Of a stretch of 64,000 bases of DNA, positions 12,023-21,912 are shown one piece after another. Under the pieces are notes generated by a model. That model was not told the origin of the DNA, did not search any database, and worked only from the letters and a program-made list of their open reading frames with translations. The DNA lies in the NCBI GenBank assembly GCA_965153355.1, contig OZ231126.1, positions 11,408,001 to 11,472,000 on the forward strand, written 5' to 3'. Every line of letters begins with the position of its first letter. Position 1 is the first letter of the stretch. This stretch comes from Flaccisagitta enflata. Its lineage: Eukaryota. The translations under genes were made by a program, and so were the position numbers.

Positions 12023-13729
12023 TAAATGTCTTTGTTGAAATTTCTATCATTTCAGAGTAGCTTGAGCTAGAGATTGTATTTGATTATTGAAATTATCTTC
12101 CATTTGCGACTAATTTAAAAATGATAATTCAAATTATTTTGAAATAGGAGCAATTTTAGGAAATACTGCCTTGATCATCTGATCAGATATTTACAAAAAC
12201 TGTAAATAATAGTTTTACAAGAAATTTATGCTGTGGTCTAAGCATTTCAGCAAGACAAATGAAATCTTAATTTAATCAAGTGCAAACATGGCTTAAGTTA
12301 TGAATGATTATAGATGATCAACTTGATGCATATAGGAATAAAAGTTAAATACTTTTCCCATTATGATTGAGAGGGGGGCCCGGATTCTTAGATTTTTTGG
12401 GGACCTAAAATTTCTTTGTCTGGCCCTGTACAAAAAAGTTTCAAAAAATAAGGGAGGGGAGGATTGATTTTCCAAACAGATTACACAGTGATAACAGATT
12501 GATCTTAAAAAGAAATCCATAATAATCTATTCAATTTATTTTCCATGTAATCATAAAAATATTTTTCTTCCAAGATTTCAAAAGCCATTCGCTGTGGCGT
12601 GACTTGACCTTACGAAACAAAAGACAAAAGCCTCGAGTTAACATCATTCGCTGTGGCGTGACTTGACCACATGAAACAAAAGACAAAAGACTCGATTTTA
12701 CATCATGTTAACTTCACCGCCCGATTAATGTGAACTTGGCCTCCGTCTTCCCAAATGAGCTGTTAGAATTAGATCTGTCCTCGCACCTATACACGAGGGT
12801 TTGTCTGTTGATCCGTCCGTCGGTCCGTCCATTGGTCGGTTCATCGATCTGTTGGCTGATTGGTCGGCCTGTGTATCCACTACTGGCGCTACGCCTATTT
12901 TTTTGATAGAGGCATTTTTCGGCATTTTTCGGCTGTTGTGAGATCCGACAGTGCATCAACGGACTGATACAAATGTCTAGAGAGGCTCCTTTGACTGTTG
13001 TATAAGAATTTCAGGCAGTCTGTCTGTCTGTCTGTCTTTCTGTCCCCCAAGTATGATGTATCACTCACATGCGAGACAAATTTCGCTGTGGGCGGTGACA
13101 GAGGTTGCCTCGACAGAGGACGCATCGTTGCGATCCTAAGGAGGTTGAATATACGGATACCGTTCTTGTGTGCAGGTAGGCAGGGAAGTGATGCTTAAGG
13201 CCACTTAAAAATTTGAGCAGGAGCAATGTAACTGTCAATAAATGTATGGTCATCTTCTAGCTGTGTGCTACAGGACAACCCGCTTTGTCGGTCCGTCCAT
13301 CCTCCTCTTGCATATACAGTACCTTCCGAGCAAACCCGGCTAAAACACAAATTTTGAGTGTTCTAACCCAGACCATTAGATTCAGCAGAGAATTTCATGT
13401 CTTTGAAAGAAAAAGATCAGCTCAATTTGACGATTATTACAGGTTTTATGGCTATTTAAAGTTTTTTCAGGACAATTGTCCAAAGTTTTTTTAGGACAAT
13501 TGTCCTAAAAACTTAAAATGTTTTCATTCTTTTGCTTGCCATTTCTAAACGGCTGAAGCCACAGGGACCAGATTGCATTCATTTTGAACATAAATTGACG
13601 AAGTTTTTTTTCTTTAAAAAAAAAAAACTAGGCCCCGCGGTAGCAAAGTCCGGCTCCGGGGCTTTGGCTTCACTGATCCTGCCCAAATGTTCTAGAAACC
13701 TCAAATATGGCCACTCACGTCTGGGATAG

Positions 13730-13998
13730 CCGGTACAATTGTACGATCATCTGTGATCTTTTGTTTTTAAGACTTTTTATGCGGTTCTTTGTATTAGGGT
13801 TAGGGGCGGGTTTAAGGTTAGGGTTAGGGTTGGGGATAGTTTTAAGGTAAGGGTTAGGGACAGGGTTAGCTTTAGGGCTAAGGGTTGGCCGTTGGCTGGG
13901 TTTTATGTATTACGGTCTGAAGCTAATTAAAGCTTCGCTCTGGCGGAGGATTGGGAAAGAAAAACAAAATCGTGCAGAGAATTATTCATTTTTTCCGG
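13730..13998. mobile_element. Short insertion containing degenerate TTAGGG repeats, nested in the end of a HINE-like element
   Basis: GGATAGCCG occurs at 13724-13732 and 13997-14005 and interrupts the family end motif ..GATAGCCGTGTATCCGGCCTTGTT; (TTAGGG)-like run at about 13794-13890. Confidence 0.55.
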
Positions 13999-14819
13999 AT
14001 AGCCGTGTATCCGGCCTTGTTAGTTGCGGACACGCAACTCTATAAGAGGCTTTGTCCGTCCGTCGGTCCGTTGGTCCGTCCGTCACGCTCGAGTTGAAAA
14101 GTGGGAAAACGCCCCTGCCCACCCGTCCGCAACCGGTGGCCGTGTATCCTGCCTTGTTTTTATCGGGACGCGCGTTGAGGGGATATGCGGGTAGTTCGAT
14201 AAGGGGATTCCGGGGAGCCGCGTATGCAATGATTTTTTGTTCATATGAAAGTGAAATCAATGGGTTACTCTTGCTAAAGAGAGAGGGCGCTTTTGCTCGT
14301 AGATATTCAATTAAGAGAAAAACAAGTGACGCGGGGTCATGATATAGTCGCGCACGGATGGGCAGGGGCATACAACCCCATCCATACCTGGTGATACCCC
14401 CCCCCCCATGCTCACGCACACGCAGACATCCTCAACCGCTGCATCATAAATGAGCGTTTCACAATATCAACTTGATCAATGATCATAAAGGTCGGACGGA
14501 CGGAGCAACGGATTTACAGTTGAACGGACGGACGGACAAAACCTCTTATAGAGTTGCGTGTCCGTAACTAAAAGACACAATCGGAAGGTTATCTCCAATT
14601 TATACCTATCTTATCATCTTCCCAATGTACAGATGCAATCTTTATAAGAGGGTCTGTCTGTCGGACCATTGAACGGTTGATCTATCCGTATGTCTGTTAC
14701 GCCTTAGCAAAAACGCATTTTTCGGCCCTTTTCGGCCATGGTCAGATCCGACAGCAAATCAACTGATGGATACACGTGTTTAGAGAGGCTCCTTTGACTG
14801 AAACTGTTTGCCACATATT

Positions 14820-15095
14820 CAGGGGTGTATAAATTTGAGCGGTCTTTGATTTCTTCCCCCCCCCCCTGGTCTTTGATTTGCTTTCCCGCCAGGGTTTGAT
14901 TTTCTACCCCATAGAGTATAAATATAGTATAAATACAGTCAGAATGATGTAAAAGAGTGTTGTTGTAATCATATACTATCTTTTGGAACTGTCAAAAGAG
15001 TTTTTTATCCTTTTCCATCCTTTGATTTTCTTCCCCATCTCCAAACCCTTTGATTTTATTCCCCCCACCCAAATACTCAACTTTATACACCCCTG
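14820..15095. mobile_element. hAT-like MITE
   Basis: TIRs CAGGGGTGTATAAATTTGAG / CTCAACTTTATACACCCCTG; flanking 8-mers CACATATT and CAGGAATT match only partly. Confidence 0.6.
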
Positions 15096-15278
15096 CAGGA
15101 ATTTTCAGAAGTTGGTCTGTCTATCAAAATATCTGTCCCTCATATATCAAACACATTCAGCGCAACCATCACACAGTGTCTCAGTCTGCACCCATTGTTG
15201 CCCGATCTGAAAAAAAAAGCCAATTCTTTAGTCTTCATAATGATTAGTGAGAGAAGCAACGTGTCAAGGCTCTTTTTT

Positions 15279-15506
15279 AAGTCGCGTGCTACGCGACTCT
15301 ACACCCTGCTTTGTCGGTCGGTCCGTCCGTTGGTCCGTCCGTCGGTCCGTCTTTCGGTCCGTCCTTCGGTCCGTCCGTCACAATTGACTTTTTCGGCGTT
15401 TGTGTTTTTTTTGGCCATGCTACTCCTGCCCAAATGCTCCACTGACCCCAAATATGGTCCCCGCCCACACACACGCGACTAGGGCAGCCGGGTATCCGGC
15501 CTTGTT
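15279..15506 (+). mobile_element. DINE-1/HINE-like element, complete short copy
   Basis: AGTCGCGTGCTACGCGACT ... (GTCC)n ... CACGCGACTAGGGCAGCCGGGTATCCGGCCTTGTT. Confidence 0.6.
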
Positions 15507-16855
15507 TATGTCAGAGCCCAGAGGCCGACATTTGTTACGAGCGTGAGGCCCTCAACCCAAATAAAAAGAACCATTTTTTCATTCAATACTTTTATTTTTC
15601 AAGAAACAGAAACAAACATGGTTTTGCATGTAGCAATGCATACTTGCAACGTGAGTATTGTTCTTCATAAATCACATTTCAAACCAAGATATAGCATCTT
15701 GATGAACTATTTAAATTACTTTTTTGATATTGTCAAATGAAAGGTAAGTCCAGTTTTTAAATAAGCAAAAAATTCTTTTGGACTGACCATCAGCATTCGG
15801 AAATTCAAAATGGAAAACTTAAATCATCACAAGTCTTTCGAGATTTTTTTTTTTTAAAGAAAAAAAAAAGGCCTTATTAGAGGATGCGCTTAAGCGAGAT
15901 TCGACTGTATTTTCAAATGATGACATGAGTTTGAAGACATTCTGCAATAAGCAATTGTCGTCCGTCATAAAGCAATTTCATGGTAAGATAACTGAATGGT
16001 TCACAAAAGGAAAATGCACAAATTATGAGAATCTCATTCAAAACTAAATCACAAAGAACGTGACGCGTGACGTGGGTGAGGTAGAAAAAGATGAACAATG
16101 TATACAGAACAACAAACGAAATGGCATGTACAACAAGGTACAAAGTCAAAGAACGTGGAAAACAGGGCAAGAAGTGACAAAGATGATTTAAGTTAAGAAA
16201 ACACTAGCGGGAGACGATAATGACAACAGCAAAAGAAAAAGAATTATAATATCCGCCCAATCAAATTCTCAGTAGATCCTGATGCACAATTATTTTCATG
16301 GTCAAACGATTAATTCGCTAAATTTGCTTTATCTAATCAAATTTCGATGATATCGTACCATTTTTCGCGGCACGTCCTTTGCCTCTCCATTCCATCTACT
16401 GCCCACCAATTTTAGCCTTGTCAAAAATTAACTGTTTTATGTTGCGGACACGCAGCTCTATAAGAAGCTTTGTCTGTCCGTAAGTCAGTTATTCCGTCCA
16501 TAGGTCCAGCTGTCAGTCCGTTACGCTTGAGTCGAAAGTACAAAAACCGCGCATTTATGATGCGCAGTTGGTATTGTGTATGTGTGAGGATGAATGTGTT
16601 GTAGGGGGTTGGGGTGGAGTTGGGGTGAGGCTGGGTCCCCTGCCCACCCGTCCGCAACGATAGTGTGACCCCGCGTCAATCAAATCAGTCCGCTATATTT
16701 CCAGAGAAATTTCAAACGTCGAAACTAGTGAGTCATAGACAAAGAAGAGAGCCGAAAGAGCGGAGATTACATCAACAACAAAAAATCACGACTGAAAACA
16801 ACAACAAAACAAAACAAGTTTAAATTAGTTGAGAAAAAATCAATCAACTCAAAAA

Positions 16856-17257
16856 TCACGATCGATCAACAGAAAGTCTGGAGACCAAAGAGGAGAAAAT
16901 GTTCGAAGCAGATCCAGAAGATCTTCTATTGTTGTTGTTTTCCGCGGCGGAAGATCGTCTGCTTCCGAAAGACAACGACGACTTCCGGTTTCCACCGTCG
17001 ACGCTGCAGTTGAGGGCGTCGCCGGAAGCGGAAGCGCGAGTCGACGGAGGGTTGGACCTCGACGACGGGCCGTTGGAGGTCGCCGAAGGGCCATTGGAAG
17101 TCGCTGTCGACGATGGCGTCAGAGATGACGATCTTTTCGAAGAGTTTGAGTGAGGAGGAGGTGGAGGAGGAGGAGGGAGGAAAGTGTCACATAAATTATC
17201 ATGACTTTGGCTTTTGGCGTTCATTGAGGGCGGGGGCAGATCGGGATCGGAGTCTTT

Positions 17258-17352
<95 letters not shown>

Positions 17353-17480
17353 GGTGATGATGCGAGTTTTTTATGGATTTCTTCCTTTCGACAAGAAAAT
17401 CAAGGAACGGATTTTGAGAAATCGATGATTGAATCACTTTCATCCAATCTTGACGCTCTTCCCATGAAGTGGCCGACAAC
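16856..17480 (-). CDS. Terminal exon of a cytohesin/ARNO/Steppke-like Arf-GEF (end of PH domain and polybasic motif, then poly-Q and Ser/Pro-rich tail)
   Basis: Acceptor ttcctctgttcAG|17480; RLSATSWEERQDWMKVIQSSISQNPFLDFLVERKK resembles the cytohesin C-terminal PH helix and polybasic region (R.SA...EE..EW...I..SIS.DPF..ML..RK), recognised from memory; TGA at 16858-16856. Confidence 0.72.
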
Positions 17481-17730
17481 CTGAACAGAGGAATCAATGA
17501 ACAAACAAATGAATGAATGAATGAATGAATGAATGAATGAAAAGATGAATCACTTTCATTCAATCATTACGCTCTTTCCATGATGTGGCCGACAACCTGA
17601 ACACAGGCATCAATGACAAAAAAATGAATGAATGAATGAATGAATGAATGAATGAATGAATGAATGAATGAATGAATCATTACACTCTTCCCATGAAGAG
17701 GCCGACAACCTGAACATAGGAATCAATGAA
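17450..17730 (-). repeat. Three tandem copies of the splice acceptor plus exon start, separated by (ATTC)n
   Basis: CCATGA.G.GGCCGACAACCTGAACA recurs at about 17462, 17578 and 17691. Confidence 0.85.
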
Positions 17731-18455
17731 CAAATGAATGACAAATTGAATAACTGAAAAAAATGAATGAATGAATAAATAAATGATTGAAGAAATGAAG
17801 TAGCTGAACTGCTTCGGAATGGAACGAAGTTCTTGTTTTAAGGCTGATTTGCATAATGCAGTTCAATCAATGTCATTGAATTGACAGACAATTATTTGAA
17901 AAAAAAACTTTTTCAATCGGAGCTTTAAGACTTAATAGTAATTCTTTATGCCTGAGCGAAGAAAAGATCTAAGAATACAAAAGAAAACACATGATTATAG
18001 CTTTCAACGACTAAAAAGTCAAAAAATCATCGGCTGGTTTGAGAGAGATTGGTTGATACCTACAAACAGCGCACTGACACGTCGATGGACACGAGGACTA
18101 GACCCTGGCCGTGCGCCTTTATCGATTTTACCTCGTAGTATTGTCGATGGCCCTCTCCACCGGCTTTAGATACAGAGCAAGACCTACTACTCCCCAACCT
18201 TACTTACTATTTATTTTTATTCTGCTCGGAAGATTGGATAAGCCAGGCTCCAAAGCTACGGGAAGGCGATGGAATGATCGGATGAATTTCCATTTTTAGT
18301 CGCGTGCTACGCGACTCTACACCCCGCTTTGTCGGTCCGTCGGTCGGTCGGTTGGTTGGTCCGTTTTTTAATTTTTTGGCGTTTTTAAACTTTTTGGGCT
18401 CACAGCTCCTTCCCTAATGCCATTATAAGTTATTTTAAGTCATTTTAAGTCATTA

Positions 18456-18999
18456 CCAATAAAGGCGGCTAATCGCCGACCGGAAAAAAGTCGTAAATGG
18501 AAGTCTCTTTTTTCAGTGCTTGTTCTTCTGTGTGTGCATTTCATGATGTCTGGTTGATTGTCTGTTTTGTTATTCAATCTGTGCGTGCTTTTTTTCTTTT
18601 TTGTCTGATCTCTCTCTCTCTCTCTCTCAAGCAGAATAAAATATCAATGCTAGCGTCATAAAAGTCAGGGTCAATTTGCGTAACATGTTTACTCTTCCCT
18701 ACTGTTACATAAGACCGAAAAAATGGGATCAATAGAAAATATCGATTTTTGCGAAAATGCAAAAAAATAAAAAAAGATTCAAAAATTCATAACTCCAAAA
18801 CTATTGATCCTAGAGACTTCTGGTTGGCGCCATTTGGAAGAGAAAAATCAGCTCTTTCTTAGCTCTGAATATCAAAAAATGTATCATCCCAGCCCAAAAA
18901 CTGCACAACTTTCTAAAATTGTCTCAAACCAAAAATGGAAAACTTTATTTCTCCCCTACGTTTCAAAAAGTCGAATTACGTAATTCGACTTTTTTCCAA
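18456..18999 (-). mobile_element. Second Helentron-like element with the same termini as 9930-10772, nested in a HINE-like copy (about 18295-19191)
   Basis: CCAATAAAGGCGGCTAATCGCCGACCGGAAAAAAGTCG ... AAAAAGTCGAATTACGTAATTCGACTTTTTTCCAA, interrupting an AAGTCATT array. Confidence 0.6.
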
Positions 19000-19433
19000 T
19001 AAGTCATTCTAAGTCATTTTAAGTCATATTAAGTTATATTAAGTCACCAAAGTCAATAAGGTCAATATGGTCATTAAAGTCATTTTAAATCATTTTAAGT
19101 CATTTCAGGTCACCTTGAGTCATTTAAACTCAATTTACGTCATCTTAAACTATTTATGCCCCGCACGCGACTTGTAGGTGTTGGCCTTGTTCTTAATGAT
19201 GAAGAAATGCAAATGCAAATGTTAATCGTGCACGTGTAAATCTATGAATTAATGAATTATGTTCTCGGGAAACTTGACGCTGGGACTGACTGCGAGACCT
19301 GATACTAGTCCAGTTTTGTAATCCATTGCATGTTTTTACAACCTTAGGATGAAGATCAAGATCAGATTGCAATCTCAATTATTTCCTGCTCTCTCTCTCT
19401 CTCTCTCTCTCTCATGTTCTCCTTGTTTATTCT

Positions 19434-19446
19434 GTTGCTTAGCAAC
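19434..19446. promoter_or_regulatory. RFX X-box-like palindrome GTTGCTTAGCAAC
   Basis: GTTGC-N3-GCAAC palindrome about 435 bp upstream of the ATG at 19881 of the FHAD1-like gene. Confidence 0.5.
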
Positions 19447-19880
19447 CGCTACTCGAGAAAAGGAATCAGAAACGCTGCGGCTTCAAATAGATAATTTCAA
19501 TGCCAATGGAGGAAGAGCCCTACTCGGGGTTATAGAAGATGATTACCTTACTTAGATGATAACTACTAACACAGAAAAACAAACACATTTGCTAGCTACC
19601 TGATACTTTTTTTGAGGTACCCAATAACGGCTTTCTGAGCATCTTCTTGTTAAAAAAAGATCAAAGGTTTCTCCGCATTGCAGAGACCACAAATAAAAAA
19701 CATAAATTTAAATGTAAAAAAAAAAAAAAACAAAAAACAAACAAAAACAAACAACAAAATGCAAACACCCAACCAAAAAAAATACAAAATGATAATGATG
19801 ATTATGTAGCTGTCAAACTGTGATCTAGAGACAAAAGGAAATTCTTGAGAAAGAAACGACGTTCAGAAATTAAGAAAAAA

Positions 19881-20387
19881 ATGCCGGATAAACCGGAAGA
19901 CGGTAAAAACGGCGAAGACGCTGAAAACGCCGGAAATGATGGAAAAGGCGGAAGTGCCGGAAATGAAGGCGATGACGACGGAAAAACGGAAGTGGATTCC
20001 GCCGTCGGCACTCTCATCTCGGTGTTGACGGAAAGTGCCGTCAGAGGAGGAAGAGCGGGAGAAGGAGGAGAAGAAGGAGGAGGAGATGGAGAAGGAGAAG
20101 AAGCAGGTGAGGAAGTGTCTGAAGCTGATCAGCCGAAAACAGATGCAAAAGCGGAAATGGGTGACGATGAAAATGCGGATGAGGTTCCAAAAAGAGACAT
20201 TGATACAACGGCAAAGAACGTTGCTGTTGCTTCGCCAGCTGCAGCAACAGCGAAAATAACGGCGGCAGCAACCGCGGCTGCGGACGCTACAGTGATTTCC
20301 ACATTAACAACAACAACGTTGACATCTTCAACGACAACAACAAACGCAGGCGAAGCGACTTTTTCGACGCACGCATCCATAGAACAG
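19881..20387 (+). CDS. FHAD1-like gene, first visible exon (acidic, low complexity)
   Basis: ATG at 19881 with an in-frame stop upstream at 19821; donor CAG|GTACAT after 20387 is phase 0 and matches the phase-0 acceptor at 33897. Linked to FHAD1 by splice phase only. Confidence 0.5.
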
Positions 20388-20402
20388 GTACATAAACGTG
20401 AG

Positions 20403-21308
20403 TGTTAGAAATGTATGTCTGTCCGTCGCTTAGGTGTGTGTGCCTTCTGTCTCTTTTGCGTGCTTTTGGCTTTTTTCTCTTTCTCTACTATTCGATGCCC
20501 GTGTCTTTTGTTTCTTGCCATTTTTTATATTGAACGCTAGATGGGTAACCATATGGTTGCGCCTTGATTTTGTGCCATTTGTTTTTACTACGTAAGCAAA
20601 TATACGTAACTCGTCTTTCGTATCATCCAATTTTTGGATTGATTGATTTTATTTAATTATGGCATCGCTTCTTAAAGTGATTGATTGATTTTTATGATCG
20701 TTTGAATGCGCCCTTGGAATTCACTAATTTCAATAATCTCTCATCTTTTTATTGCAGATAAACTAATGAACGGACAATTAACGTTAATTTGACATCGACA
20801 GACTGTGGGTTGAAACCAACGAAAGTGGGCCTAAAAGTAAGTTTTATAGACGTGTTTCTGATTTTATTAGCGTTGTTTTTTCTGTTTTCCGTCTGTTATT
20901 TTTGTCTTTTGGCCTTGATTTTTATCGCCGGATTTTAGTATGTTTTTATCGCTGCCCGGTCAGCTTACTATAGGGATGATATGGATGAATTTAATGGGAT
21001 GGGCCGGGGCAGGGGCAGGTATTATCAGGTGGCATGGGCTCTGAAGAAGATGAACATGTTGTCATGTGCTGTTTCTGTCCTTTATTGTGTCCTATCTCGA
21101 TTTCATGTTATCTTTTGCGTTTGCTGATCACAATTAACGCCCACTTTCCCTTTCATTTTTCCTCTCTCTTCAGTTGTTGAAATTTTTATGGAATAAACGA
21201 GACGATCGCCTTCCTATTTTCCACCGGCCAACCTTCTTTCACTACAAGTCGTCAGTCAGATAGACGCTCATAGACAGTGCCAGTTGAAACTCGTGGGCGT
21301 AATTTACA
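20403..21308 (+). repeat. 5' LTR
   Basis: TGTTAGAAAT...GGGCGTAATTTACA; repeated at 32635-33528 and 44397-45288. Confidence 0.95.
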
Positions 21309-21495
21309 TTTCAATTTAAAAACGAATCGATTTTTCATCTTCACCTCCGAAACGAAATTGGACAATGGCAGCGCGCAACGACGCCACTGTCTCGACCGCT
21401 TCAACGTCATCTCGTGTATTCTACTCGGTTTGAATCAGTGTCCGAGGTCGAACTGCTTGCGCGCAATGAAGAACGATCAATAATGAAATGGAAGG

Positions 21496-21912
21496 ATGCC
21501 GGCGCCTTCCGACGTGCCTCATTTCTGCGCCGAAGGAACGAATGACTTCGACGACGCTGCTGTGAATCAGATGGCGCTCGACACGGCCTTCGAGACATGG
21601 TCTACGACTTCATATCGATGCAAGAGAAATGGCGCTCGACTCGATGCCCGGCATTCTCTTCGATTCGCGGCGTCTACTTTGCGTCGAATCCGGCGCGAAT
21701 GGGACTCCATGCGTTTCTTTGATCGTGAAAACTATCCAGAGGGTTTTCCTTCCAACGCCGACATCGTGAACGCAGTGCACAACGACATTGGGAATCGCAA
21801 AAGACCCGTCAATGAATTCTCATGGAACAGTCTCCCAACTGACACTCACGCCGCCCGTGACAATGTTACCGGCGCTCCGACTCCAAGGATGCGAACGTCT
21901 TCGCCAAACCCC
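21496..21912 (+). CDS. Probable true N-terminus of Gag, one base out of frame with the main gag ORF
   Basis: ATG at 21496 opens a protein-like ORF overlapping gag; deleting one C from CCCC at 21909-21912 fuses ...RTSSPNP to TDPSIYHSPG... Confidence 0.45.

Noticed and set aside
13794-13890. True telomere or chromosome-fusion scar
   Set aside because: Short, degenerate, one orientation only, and enclosed in a small insertion.
19443-19555. Extra FHAD1-like exon ATATREKESETLRLQIDNF
   Set aside because: The acceptor is plausible but there is no good donor before the stop, and the AG is part of the X-box palindrome; left uncalled.
20398-20403. GTGAGT as the native donor of the first FHAD1-like exon
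   Set aside because: It is phase 1, whereas the next acceptor (33897) needs phase 0; CAG|GTACAT at 20388 fits.
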